From Actinomycetes bacterium (GTDB lineage: Bacteria; Actinomycetota; Actinomycetes; S36-B12; GCA-2699445), in assembly GCA_022599915.1 (NCBI GenBank), contig JAHZLH010000066.1, positions 5,447 to 69,446 on the forward strand: a stretch of 64,000 nucleotides of DNA, written 5' to 3'. The first letter of the stretch is position 1. The number at the start of each line of letters is the position of its first letter. The notes beneath the pieces are model-generated. The model made no database searches. It had not been told where the DNA came from and saw nothing but the letters and a program-made list of their open reading frames with translations. This document shows positions 9,205 through 17,827 of the stretch, one piece after another. The translations under genes and the position numbers were made by a program.

Positions 9205-10334
9205 CGCTCAGCGGGTCGCATCAGTCGTTGGTAATCCCGGCGCAGCCCGGCAAGCACCTCCGGCCAGATTTGCGCGGGCGGTGTGGTCACGTTGTGGCGG
9301 GTAATCTCATCACGCAGCACGCCGTCGGATGCTAGCAGCGCCATGGCGGCAGCCATTCCGTGATCGTCAACTGCCAGTAAGCCTTCCAAACCGTCTCGCA
9401 CGAACTCCGACAACCCGGTCTGCGAACGAGCCACGATCGGCAATCCGCTGGTGCGGGCCTCCAACGCGGCGAGACCGAAACTCTCCTTGATCGAGGGCTG
9501 CACAAAGACGTCACTGCGCAAATACAACTGATGCAGGTCAGGCCGAGAAAGGCGACCGAGAAAGGTCACGCTATCGGTCAGCCCGTGACTACGAACATAC
9601 TTTTCTAGTCGAGCTCGATGTGGGCCGTCACCCGCTACCAACAAGCGCATGGGATGCTGCGGACCCGCAATTTGTTGCGCTGCCGCAAACATCTCCAGCA
9701 GTGGCTGTGAGCGCTTGCGAGGCGCCAGCCGCATCGCGGTCACGAAGGTCGTCGGGGAGCCTGCCTCGCCGGGGAGCTTCCCCTGTGGACTCCAGTCAGC
9801 AAGATCGACACCGTTGGGGGTGATGAACACCTCCCCGGAGTAGTGCAATGCCGCAGCGATCAAATCAGCCGCTACCCGACTGACTGCTGCTGGCTGCACC
9901 CCGCGATCGCAGTAGTCCCGCAATCCATCCAAGGCTCGATAGCCAGCTCGCGACATCTTGCCCCAGATGCTGTGAACCGTGGCGAGTACCGGAAGCCCCA
10001 CTTTCAGCGCAGCTCGAATACCACCCCACGCAAACGGCGACACCGCACCCAGGTGCACATGCACAACATCAGGTGATTGGCTGGCCAGCAACGGCGCTAG
10101 CGCTTTTCGCGTGCGTGGGTGGACGGGGAGTTCGAACGGCATCCGGGCGGTCACACGATGCACCGTGACCCCGTCGATGATCTCGGTGCCTTTGCGTACG
10201 TCCTCTCCGGGAGTAGCGGTAAGGACATGAATATCGTTACCCTGCTCCGCTTGTCGCCTGGTCAACTCGGTTACTTGCACTTCAATGCCACCGAGTCGCG
10301 GGAGGTAACAGTCGCTGATGTGGGTAATCCGCAT
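9201..10334 (-). CDS. GT-B fold glycosyltransferase, family 4
   Basis: 377 aa. The N-terminus has LGGIEVQVTEL...GNDIHVLT and the C-terminus has the E-X7-E motif (ESFGLAALEA). Its stop overlaps the dapF GTG start (GTGA). Confidence 0.85.
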   Translation of the reverse strand: MRITHISDCYLPRLGGIEVQVTELTRRQAEQGNDIHVLTATPGEDVRKGTEIIDGVTVHRVTARMPFELPVHPRTRKALAPLLASQSPDVVHVHLGAVSPFAWGGIRAALKVGLPVLATVHSIWGKMSRAGYRALDGLRDYCDRGVQPAAVSRVAADLIAAALHYSGEVFITPNGVDLADWSPQGKLPGEAGSPTTFVTAMRLAPRKRSQPLLEMFAAAQQIAGPQHPMRLLVAGDGPHRARLEKYVRSHGLTDSVTFLGRLSRPDLHQLYLRSDVFVQPSIKESFGLAALEARTSGLPIVARSQTGLSEFVRDGLEGLLAVDDHGMAAAMALLASDGVLRDEITRHNVTTPPAQIWPEVLAGLRRDYQRLMRPAER

Positions 10335-10430
10335 GGCTACCTACCTTCCGCATCACCGTGATGGACAAACTTTCCCGCACCCCACGCTAACGGAACAGCG
10401 AAGCGCTCGTAATCCAGGCAAGATACCGGT

Positions 10431-11192
10431 ATGCCGCAGACCTTGGTGTTCCTGCACGCCCACCCCGACGATGAAGCACTGCTGACCGCTGGCACGATGG
10501 CCCGCGCGTCCAGTGAGGGTCAGCGAGTCGTGCTGATCACCGCCACCAGCGGCGAGGCCGGACTGGCAGCGCATGAACTGCAAGATCGGGGCCTGGCAGA
10601 CATCCGGGAGGAGGAACTGGTTCGTTCCGCCCGAATGTTGGGAGTGCAACGACTGGAGCTACTGCACTACGCAGACTCCGGTCTACACGGCGATCGAGTG
10701 ACTGACGACGGCACCAAGACGCTATGCCAAGCGCCAGTCATGGCGATCGCCACTCGGGTAGCGGAGGTGTTGGCTGAAGAGGCTGCCGACGTACTCGTTA
10801 CCTACGATCAGGCGGGTGGTTACGGTCATCCCGACCACGTCAGGATTCACCAGGTCGGTGTTGCCGCGGCGAACCTCGCCGGCCCCAGCAAGGTGTTTGC
10901 CGTTACCGCTCCGCGGGAACCGTTTGCGATCGGCGCCCAACTGGCTGATCGATATCTGTCTTTGCCCGAGGACTTCGATCCCGAACAGTTCATGAATGCC
11001 TTCACGCCACGAAGTGAGATCACCCACCGAGTCAACGTGCGCGACTTCGTGGACTTCAAACGGGCTGCGCTGCGGGCCCACGCCAGCCAAGCTTCCGGTG
11101 GCGACGTTCGGACCCTGTCAGCACTTTTGGCATTGCCGCGACCGCTGTTCAGTCTGCTATTGGGGACTGAGTTCTACCGACGACTGCAATGA
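10431..11192 (+). CDS. LmbE / PIG-L family N-acetylglucosaminyl deacetylase-like protein
   Basis: 253 aa with the AHPDDE motif at the N-terminus and GGYGHPDH further on. These are the metal-binding signature of MshB/BshB/PIG-L enzymes. Confidence 0.85.
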   Translation: MPQTLVFLHAHPDDEALLTAGTMARASSEGQRVVLITATSGEAGLAAHELQDRGLADIREEELVRSARMLGVQRLELLHYADSGLHGDRVTDDGTKTLCQAPVMAIATRVAEVLAEEAADVLVTYDQAGGYGHPDHVRIHQVGVAAANLAGPSKVFAVTAPREPFAIGAQLADRYLSLPEDFDPEQFMNAFTPRSEITHRVNVRDFVDFKRAALRAHASQASGGDVRTLSALLALPRPLFSLLLGTEFYRRLQ

Positions 11193-11197
11193 TCAAC

Positions 11198-11217
11198 GCC
11201 GGCCAGCACTGGCCGGC
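11198..11217. terminator. Short GC hairpin between convergent deacetylase and miaA genes
   Basis: GCCGGCCAG-CA-CTGGCCGGC lies between the two stop codons. No clear U-tract is present. Confidence 0.45.
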
Positions 11218-11228
11218 AGGTAACCCGG

Positions 11229-12176
11229 TCAGTCACGCTGCGACGTCACCAGCGGCAAGGCTGCAGCAAGTAACTGGTCGGGCGGAAGAGCCCCATCCAA
11301 CCAGTGAATCCTGCGGTCACGCCGCAAGGTGCGTTGCTGGCGGCGGGCCAGCCGGCTTGTCGCGCGCACCGTATCGACCAACCACTCTTCCTCAGAAGCA
11401 TCACCGGCTAGGACCGCGAGCGCCTGCTGGTAGCCCACCGCTTTCTTCGCTGTCGCGCCATCACGCAGACCACTAGCCGACAGGTCAGCCGTCTCGCTCA
11501 ACAGACCTGCCTGCCACATCCGCTCAGCACGCTGCCTGATGCGTTCATCGAGTACGTCGCGAGGCAGATCCACTCCTAGCCATACTGTGGGGCGCCACGA
11601 TGTCGGGTCTGGGATCCGGGCCGTGAACGAGCCGGTCAATCGCACTACTTCCAAGGCCCGCACCACTCGGCGCACATTTCGCGGATCAATCTCAGCCGCC
11701 GCTTGCGGATCCAGCTGCACAAGCTCACGGTGAAGTGCTGCGCCACCTTCTCGCTCTGCTCGCTCTGCGAGTTCGGCGCGCAGTGCTGGGTCGCGGGGCG
11801 GGATATCCAATTCATCGCACAACGCCCGCAGATATAGCGGCGACCCTCCGACCACGATCACTTGCCGCTCACGTGCCCACACCTGCTGCGCCACCGCCCG
11901 TGCGGTTCGCTGGTAGTGAGCCAATGAAGCAGTTTCATCCACCCGCCATAGGTCAAACAGGTGATGCGGCACCCCTCCTCGCTCCGCTTCGGTTGGCTTT
12001 GCCGTGCCGATCTGGAGCCCTTGATAGGACTGCATCGCGTCACCATTGAGGATTTCGGCGTCGACGGCCCGAGCCAATTTCAATGACAACTCTGTTTTGC
12101 CAGCTGCCGTCGGACCAGTCACTACGATGAGTCGCTCCCGCGCATCATGATCATTTTTCGTGTCGTTCCCGAGCAT
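11229..12176 (-). CDS. miaA: tRNA dimethylallyltransferase
   Basis: P-loop GPTAAGKT is present. I prefer ATG 12176 (GGAG 5 nt upstream, 315 aa) over the longest ORF start at 12221. Confidence 0.93.
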   Translation of the reverse strand: MLGNDTKNDHDARERLIVVTGPTAAGKTELSLKLARAVDAEILNGDAMQSYQGLQIGTAKPTEAERGGVPHHLFDLWRVDETASLAHYQRTARAVAQQVWARERQVIVVGGSPLYLRALCDELDIPPRDPALRAELAERAEREGGAALHRELVQLDPQAAAEIDPRNVRRVVRALEVVRLTGSFTARIPDPTSWRPTVWLGVDLPRDVLDERIRQRAERMWQAGLLSETADLSASGLRDGATAKKAVGYQQALAVLAGDASEEEWLVDTVRATSRLARRQQRTLRRDRRIHWLDGALPPDQLLAAALPLVTSQRD

Positions 12177-12235
12177 CACGACTCCATAATCCCGTAAGGT
12201 ATCAACGTAATCGCAACGCACAGGAGGACCGTGCC

Positions 12236-12577
12236 ATGAGCGAACAAACCGACAACATCAAGGAAAAGGCTGCCGAAATCGCCGGAAAGGCGTCTGAGGC
12301 CGCTGCCGGTCTGCAGGAGCAGGCTCAGGAGGCAGCTGGCAAGGCAACTGAGGCCGCCGCCGGTTTGCAAGAGCAGGCTACGCAGGCAGTTTCCCAGGCC
12401 ACCGCTTTCGTGGATGAGAAGACTGGCGGCAAGGCCACCGAGCTCGCCGAGAAGGCCACCGAAGCTGCCGGCAAGGCTGGCGAGGCCATCACTGGCGCCA
12501 AGGACACCGTAGTGGGAGCAGCACAAGATGCCGCATCCAAGGTTTCCGGTGGCGAAGAAGCAGAAGACGAAGCCTAG
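12236..12577 (+). CDS. Ala/Glu/Lys-rich repeat protein of unknown function (predicted amphipathic-helix, LEA/apolipoprotein-like composition)
   Basis: 113 aa with AGGAGGA upstream of the ATG. The internal 18-aa repeat copies differ mostly at synonymous sites, which argues for real translation. A terminator follows. Confidence 0.75.
   Translation: MSEQTDNIKEKAAEIAGKASEAAAGLQEQAQEAAGKATEAAAGLQEQATQAVSQATAFVDEKTGGKATELAEKATEAAGKAGEAITGAKDTVVGAAQDAASKVSGGEEAEDEA
12281..12388 (+). repeat. Tandem 54-nt (18-codon) repeat x2 inside the 113-aa gene
   Basis: Unit 1 (12281-12334) encodes AGKASEAAAGLQEQAQEA and unit 2 (12335-12388) encodes AGKATEAAAGLQEQATQA. They differ at 6 synonymous and 3 non-synonymous codons. 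Further degenerate AGKAxEA units follow. Confidence 0.9.
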
Positions 12578-12608
12578 AGCCAACGCGGTCGACGACCGCT
12601 AGGACCAA

Positions 12609-12648
12609 CGAATGCCGCTGGGGCGACTTGGCGGCATTCGTTGTTTCT
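12609..12648 (+). terminator. Rho-independent terminator
   Basis: A 10-bp stem forms between CGAATGCCGC and GCGGCATTCG. It is followed by TTGTTTCT, 32 nt after the stop of the 113-aa gene. Confidence 0.8.
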
Positions 12649-12686
12649 GAATGTCCTAAATGTCCGCACGTGGGGCTATTGCGATC

Positions 12687-14138
12687 TCAGGGGTGCGGGA
12701 CCTCGGGCATACCCAACCCCACTTGCCGAGCGGCATTCGGGGCGGGCGCGCAACCGTCCTGGGCCGGAACTCGCTCCACCACTCGAGCGGGCACATCAGC
12801 AATCAAATGGTGAGGGGCACCGCGAGTAATCGTTGCTGCCAACAGGTCACCTGGTCGAACTGACTCTGCTGGCGGCAGCACGTGAACAAGCCGGTTGTCC
12901 CGGGCGCGACCGGTGATTCGCTCAGTGTCGCGGTCCTTACGACCGTCGCTGTCCGACACCATCACTTCCAGCTCCCGACCCTCGAGCTGCCGATTCTGGT
13001 CCCAGGCGATCTCGGTCACCAAGGCGGTCAGTCTTTGAAAACGCTCCGTAACCACTTCGGCAGGGATCTGGTCGTCGAAATCCGCCGCCGGAGTCCCGGG
13101 CCGCGGTGAATACTGGAAGGTGAACGCATCGGCAAACTGCGACTGCCGGACCACGTCGAGGGTGCCGTCGAAGTCCGCTTCCGTCTCCCCCGGGAAACCC
13201 ACGATGATGTCGGTGGTGATCGCAGCGTCGGGAATTGCAGCCCGAACATCCGCGATGATGCCCAAGTACTTATCAGCACGATAGGAACGGCGCATCCGAC
13301 GCAGTACATCGTCAGATCCACTTTGGAGCGGCATGTGCAGATGCGGCATGACGCTGGGTGTTTCTGCCATAGCTGCAATTACTGCCGTGGTGAAATCTCG
13401 CGGGTGGGGGCTGGTGAAGCGAACGCGACGAATACCAGGAACGGCGCCGACCGCCCGCAATAAGTCGGCGAACGCCTCACGTTCACCGAATTCGACACCA
13501 TAGGCATTGACATTTTGGCCGAGCAACGTCACCTCTCGCACGCCCTGCTCCGCCAGCGCAGAAACCTCGGCCAAGATTTCACCCGGGCGCCGATCTCGTT
13601 CTCGACCTCGCAGCGATGGCACGATACAGAACGTGCAGGTGTTGTTGCAGCCGACGCTGATCGACACCCACGCGGCGTGAGCAGACTGTCGGCGCACCGG
13701 CAGGTCAGAGGGAAACGCTTGCAGGGTCTCACTGAACTCGGCTTGTGATTCACCTGAGCGTTCGGCCCGGTCCAGCAGGACAGGGAGCACATCAATATTG
13801 TGAGTGCCCAGAACTACGTCCACCCACGGCGCTCGTTCCAAAATGGTGTCACGATCCTTTTGCGCGAGGCATCCGGCCACCGCGATCCGGAAATCCGGCT
13901 GTTCTCTTTTCCTAGCCGCCAGATGGCCCAAGTTCCCATATAGCCGGTTGTCGGCGTTCTCTCGCACCGCACAGGTATTGATGACGATCAAGTCCGCTGA
14001 CGACTCTGCTGCAGCTGGCGAGTAACCGGCCTCTTCCAACAGCCCAGCCATGCGCTCCGAGTCATGCACATTCATCTGGCAGCCCAACGTGCGCACCGAG
14101 TACGTGCGTTGCGTCTGCTCTACGGCCGTGGTGGTCAT
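12687..14138 (-). CDS. miaB: tRNA-2-methylthio-N6-dimethylallyladenosine synthase (radical SAM methylthiotransferase)
   Basis: 483 aa with an N-terminal UPF0004 part (TLGCQMN) and the radical-SAM CNNTCTFC motif. A TRAM-like C-terminus is also present. Confidence 0.95.
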   Translation of the reverse strand: MTTTAVEQTQRTYSVRTLGCQMNVHDSERMAGLLEEAGYSPAAAESSADLIVINTCAVRENADNRLYGNLGHLAARKREQPDFRIAVAGCLAQKDRDTILERAPWVDVVLGTHNIDVLPVLLDRAERSGESQAEFSETLQAFPSDLPVRRQSAHAAWVSISVGCNNTCTFCIVPSLRGRERDRRPGEILAEVSALAEQGVREVTLLGQNVNAYGVEFGEREAFADLLRAVGAVPGIRRVRFTSPHPRDFTTAVIAAMAETPSVMPHLHMPLQSGSDDVLRRMRRSYRADKYLGIIADVRAAIPDAAITTDIIVGFPGETEADFDGTLDVVRQSQFADAFTFQYSPRPGTPAADFDDQIPAEVVTERFQRLTALVTEIAWDQNRQLEGRELEVMVSDSDGRKDRDTERITGRARDNRLVHVLPPAESVRPGDLLAATITRGAPHHLIADVPARVVERVPAQDGCAPAPNAARQVGLGMPEVPHP

Positions 14139-14217
14139 CAGTTCCTGTCCCCGAGTTCGTCGACTATCAGAGTAAGCCGCACGGACATCATCTGGCCAAG
14201 AGAGGTGCGGAGGGAAT

Positions 14218-14243
14218 GCGGGCGCGGATACCGCCGCGCCCGC
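14218..14243 (-). terminator. Strong GC hairpin (candidate factor-independent terminator without U-tract) downstream of ackA
   Basis: GCGGGCGCGG-ATACCG-CCGCGCCCGC forms a 10-bp all-GC stem. It lies in the 421-bp gap between the miaB start and the ackA stop. Confidence 0.4.
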
Positions 14244-14559
14244 GAATCACTGCAATATACCCCCGTGAATTCGTGAATTACAGCGAGTGGATCGTTGGGC
14301 CGTGACAACCGGACAAAGATGTCATCTCGGTGTTGGAGACTCGATCCACCCTAGTTCTGCCCCGGATACCCCAGAACTAAACCCAGCCATCCACGATTTC
14401 CGCAGGAAAATCCACTCACCGCCCTAATCCCTCATGATCACAGCGAAAAATCGACTACTACCGAATGATTCGGGCGGAAAGCGCGCCATCCAACTAGTCG
14501 ACGGTCTGGCACCCTATCCGTCCCGTGAGCTAGCCAGCGGCCCTTGCTGCGGTATGTCG

Positions 14560-15732
14560 TTAGTGGACGAACTCCGCGGCGTCGCGCCCGATGGCCAGTT
14601 CTTCATCAGTAGGAATTACCAGCACGACAGTGGGTGAGTTAAGTGTCGAAATCCGAGTGATGTCGTCGCCGAGGTTCTCGTTGGCCACTTCGTCAATCTC
14701 GATGCCGAACCCGGCTAGGTCTCGGCACACCTCGCGGCGGGTCCAGGAGTTGTGCTCGCCGATTCCCGCAGTGAACACCACGGCGTCCACCCGGCCCAAC
14801 ACGAAACTGTAGGCACCCAGATACTTGCGCAGCCGGTGAATCATCACTTGCCGGGCAAGTTCGGCATCCTCGTCGCCAGCGGCGACCCTGGTCGAGATTT
14901 CTCGCATGTCGTTGTCCCCGCACAACCCTTTGAGGCCGCCACGCCGATTCAGCAAGTCGTCCACTGCGTCAGAATCCCAACCGGCCCTCGCGAGCATGAC
15001 CGGAACTGAGGCATCAATGTCGCCGCTTCGGGTACCCATGACTAGTCCCTCTAGCGGTGTGACTCCCATCGAGGTTTCCACGCTTTTGCCACCTCGCACC
15101 GCACACGCACTTGCGCCATTACCGAGATGGAGCACGATGACGTTGGTGTCCTCCGCAGCCCGGTCGAGGTACTTGGCCGCCTGTCGGGACACGTAGCGAT
15201 GCGAAGTCCCGTGAAACCCGTATCGGCGAATCGAGTGTTCGCGCGCCACCTGCCGATCAATAGCGTACTCCCGCGCGGCGGCGGGCATCGTCGCGTGGAA
15301 GGCGGTATCAAACACCGCAACGTGATTCACCGCCGGATAGTGCTCCTGCGCCGCCCGAATGCCACTCAACGCACCGGGATTATGCAGCGGCGCCAACGGC
15401 ACGCAGGCTTCAATCTGAGCGATGACTGCTTCGTCGATGACCACTGGTCGGGTGAGCCGATCACCGCCATGAACCACCCGGTGCCCCACGCCCACCGGCT
15501 CCGGCTGGCCGTCCGCCGCCATCAACTCACCAGCTAAGACAAACGCAGCCGCGTGGTCGGGAATCGGTTGCTCCAACTCCTGCTTGTCGCCCTTGCCCTG
15601 ATAGCTCGCCGCGCCAGATGCTTCCCCGATCCGCTCCACGATCCCCTCAGCTGCACGTTCACCAGTGCTCGGGTCGAGTAGCGCGAACTTCAGCGACGAC
15701 GAACCAGCGTTGACGACGAGGATAAAGCCCAT
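14560..15732 (-). CDS. ackA: Acetate kinase
   Basis: I prefer ATG 15732 (MGFILVVNAGSSSLKF, GGGAGGGAG upstream, 390 aa). The longer track ORF (to 15813) would overlap pta. Confidence 0.95.
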   Translation of the reverse strand: MGFILVVNAGSSSLKFALLDPSTGERAAEGIVERIGEASGAASYQGKGDKQELEQPIPDHAAAFVLAGELMAADGQPEPVGVGHRVVHGGDRLTRPVVIDEAVIAQIEACVPLAPLHNPGALSGIRAAQEHYPAVNHVAVFDTAFHATMPAAAREYAIDRQVAREHSIRRYGFHGTSHRYVSRQAAKYLDRAAEDTNVIVLHLGNGASACAVRGGKSVETSMGVTPLEGLVMGTRSGDIDASVPVMLARAGWDSDAVDDLLNRRGGLKGLCGDNDMREISTRVAAGDEDAELARQVMIHRLRKYLGAYSFVLGRVDAVVFTAGIGEHNSWTRREVCRDLAGFGIEIDEVANENLGDDITRISTLNSPTVVLVIPTDEELAIGRDAAEFVH

Positions 15733-15736
15733 GACG

Positions 15737-17827
15737 CTACTCCCTCCCGCCGAGGCCCTGTGCCTGAATGGCGGTGATGACCACAGTGTTGACGATGTCA
15801 TCCACTGTTGCACCGCGACTTAGATCATTCACCGGCAGCCGCAGCCCCTGCAAGATCGGGCCAATCGCCAGCGCACCAGCAGATCGCTGCACCGCTTTGT
15901 AGGTGTTGTTGCCGGTGTTGAGGTCTGGGAAGACCAAAACGGTGGCGCGGCCTGCCACCTCGGAATCGGGCAACTTTGCGGCTGCTACCTGCGGATCCAC
16001 CGCTGCATCGAACTGAATCGGCCCCGCTACGGCTATGTCCGGAGCCCGCTGTTGTACCAGCGCAGTAGCGGCGGTGACCTTCGCAACGTCAGCACCGGAT
16101 CCACTCGACCCGGTGGAGTAGGACAGCATGGCCACCCGTGGATCAATGCCAAAGGCCCGAGCTGTCGCCGCTGACGACACTGCAATGTCAGCCAACTGCG
16201 CCGCGTCTGGGTCCGGTAGCACCGCACAGTCGCCGTACACAAAGACGCGGTCAGGAAGCACCATCAAAAAGACGCTGGACACCACTGAAATATCTGGTGA
16301 GGTGCGGATGATTTGCAGCGCCGGTCGTACCGTGTCCGCAGTGGTGTGCACGGCTCCACTCACCATCCCGTCAGCCACACCGCACTGCACCATGAGAGTT
16401 CCGAACCAGGTGGGATCACCCGATAGTTCCCAGGCAGTCTCAGCCGACATCCCTTTGTGCTCCCGGAGCCGCAAAATCTCATCGGCGTATCGCTGTCGCT
16501 GGACGTCCTGCACCGGATCAACCAGATTCACACCGGCCAGATCAATACCGAGTCGATCGGCCCGGGACTGTATGTCGTCGACATTGCCCAACACCGTGAG
16601 CCTGGCTGCTTCGCGCAACCTGATGCGGTGAGCTGCGGTGAGAACTCGATCATCGCTACCCTCCGGCAACACAATGTGCTGGGGCTGGGTCTTAGCCTGT
16701 GCCACCAACTGCCGCTCGAACATAACCGGGGTGATCTGATCTGGCCGGGTAGCGATGAGCCGGTCAGCCAACTCGTCGACAGTCACGTGCTCGGCAAAGG
16801 TTCGCAGTGCTAGGTCAATCCTGCTGTCACCACCGCTTTCCAGTGTTCCCCGCACCTGCGACACGATGTCGGCGGTCTGGAAGGTGCCTCGCTCGGTGAG
16901 CAGGACCGGTACTGACTCAGCACCCAACTGCTGGATGAACTCCATCATGATGGGGTCTGGGGCGTAACCACCGGTGAGCAGTACCCCGGCGATTGCCGGC
17001 AGACTCGTTTCCAGTCGCGAGGCTTGCGCAAGCAGCAGTACATCGGCCCGGTCGCCGGGGGTGATGATCAAGGTATCCGGCGTTATCCGCTCCATCAGAT
17101 GCGGCAGAGTCATCGCACCGATGACGTTGCCGGCGATACCGCGATCGAGTACCTCTGGCTCCCCCACGATTTGCTCAGCACCCACCGCCGCGGCAATATC
17201 TCGCAGCGATGGCCGATCCAACCCAGGTTCATCCGGCAGTAGCCAGACCGGGGTCCCGTCAGGCTGGGCGACAGTCGACGCAATCGAGTCTCGATCCGTC
17301 GGCGACACCCGATTGATGACCAGGCCAAAGAGCGTCACCCGATGCTGCGCCAAACTACTGCGGGCAGCGGTGACCGCGGCCGAGACCTGTTCGGCATTAT
17401 GGTGCGCTGCGGAGAGCACCACCACGGTGGCCGCCGCCAAGTTCTCCGCGATTTCTGCGTTCAACTCGAATTCGAAGGCAGCAGAGGCTCCGGTGAAGTC
17501 ACTACCTTCGACGATCACCACGTCGCAGTTACGAGCCAACTCTTCGTAGCGAGCCAAAATGCGGTGCACCAGACTGGGCGGGACACGTTGACCCAATACT
17601 CGAGTTTCCGCCGTGGTGACCCCATAGGAGCTCTCATAGTCCTGCTGAAGTTGATAGCGGCGTCGCATCAACTCGATCTGAGCATCCGGGTGATGACCAC
17701 CAGAAATCACTGGCCGGAAATATCCCACTCTTGCTGTGCGGGTAGCAGCTGCCTCCATCGCTCCCAGGCTGACCAGCGACTTGCCGCTGCCGGGGGCTAG
17801 CGAGGTGATGTAGATCGCGGCAGTCAT
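15737..17827 (-). CDS. pta: Phosphate acetyltransferase, long form with N-terminal regulatory domain
   Basis: I prefer ATG 17827 (MTAAIYITSLAPGSGKS, 696 aa), which forms an ATGA overlap with the upstream gene's stop. A C-terminal PTA_PTB-like domain is present. Confidence 0.93.
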   Translation of the reverse strand: MTAAIYITSLAPGSGKSLVSLGAMEAAATRTARVGYFRPVISGGHHPDAQIELMRRRYQLQQDYESSYGVTTAETRVLGQRVPPSLVHRILARYEELARNCDVVIVEGSDFTGASAAFEFELNAEIAENLAAATVVVLSAAHHNAEQVSAAVTAARSSLAQHRVTLFGLVINRVSPTDRDSIASTVAQPDGTPVWLLPDEPGLDRPSLRDIAAAVGAEQIVGEPEVLDRGIAGNVIGAMTLPHLMERITPDTLIITPGDRADVLLLAQASRLETSLPAIAGVLLTGGYAPDPIMMEFIQQLGAESVPVLLTERGTFQTADIVSQVRGTLESGGDSRIDLALRTFAEHVTVDELADRLIATRPDQITPVMFERQLVAQAKTQPQHIVLPEGSDDRVLTAAHRIRLREAARLTVLGNVDDIQSRADRLGIDLAGVNLVDPVQDVQRQRYADEILRLREHKGMSAETAWELSGDPTWFGTLMVQCGVADGMVSGAVHTTADTVRPALQIIRTSPDISVVSSVFLMVLPDRVFVYGDCAVLPDPDAAQLADIAVSSAATARAFGIDPRVAMLSYSTGSSGSGADVAKVTAATALVQQRAPDIAVAGPIQFDAAVDPQVAAAKLPDSEVAGRATVLVFPDLNTGNNTYKAVQRSAGALAIGPILQGLRLPVNDLSRGATVDDIVNTVVITAIQAQGLGGRE

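Noticed and set aside
9201-10334. Apparent resemblance of the GT4 N-terminus (SD.YLP.LGGIE....L......G..I.VLT) to eukaryotic PIG-A, which would make a PIG-A/PIG-L-like pair
   Set aside because: The same G-G-x-E ... G-H/N-x-V/I-x-V-x-T pattern is generic to many GT4 enzymes (BshA, PimA etc.). By eye it does not discriminate PIG-A from other GT4 clades. It is kept only as one of several precedents in the finding.
14335-14350. tRNA T-arm-like strings: GGAGACTCGATCCACC here and GGTTCGAGT at 52464-52472
   Set aside because: The flanking bases cannot form the T-stem, acceptor stem or anticodon arm. These are isolated chance matches to the TTCGA loop.
14434-14637. 67-aa plus-strand ORF in the miaB-ackA gap
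   Set aside because: It has no ribosome-binding site. It runs 78 nt into the 3' end of ackA on the opposite strand, and its composition is unremarkable. It is more likely non-coding.
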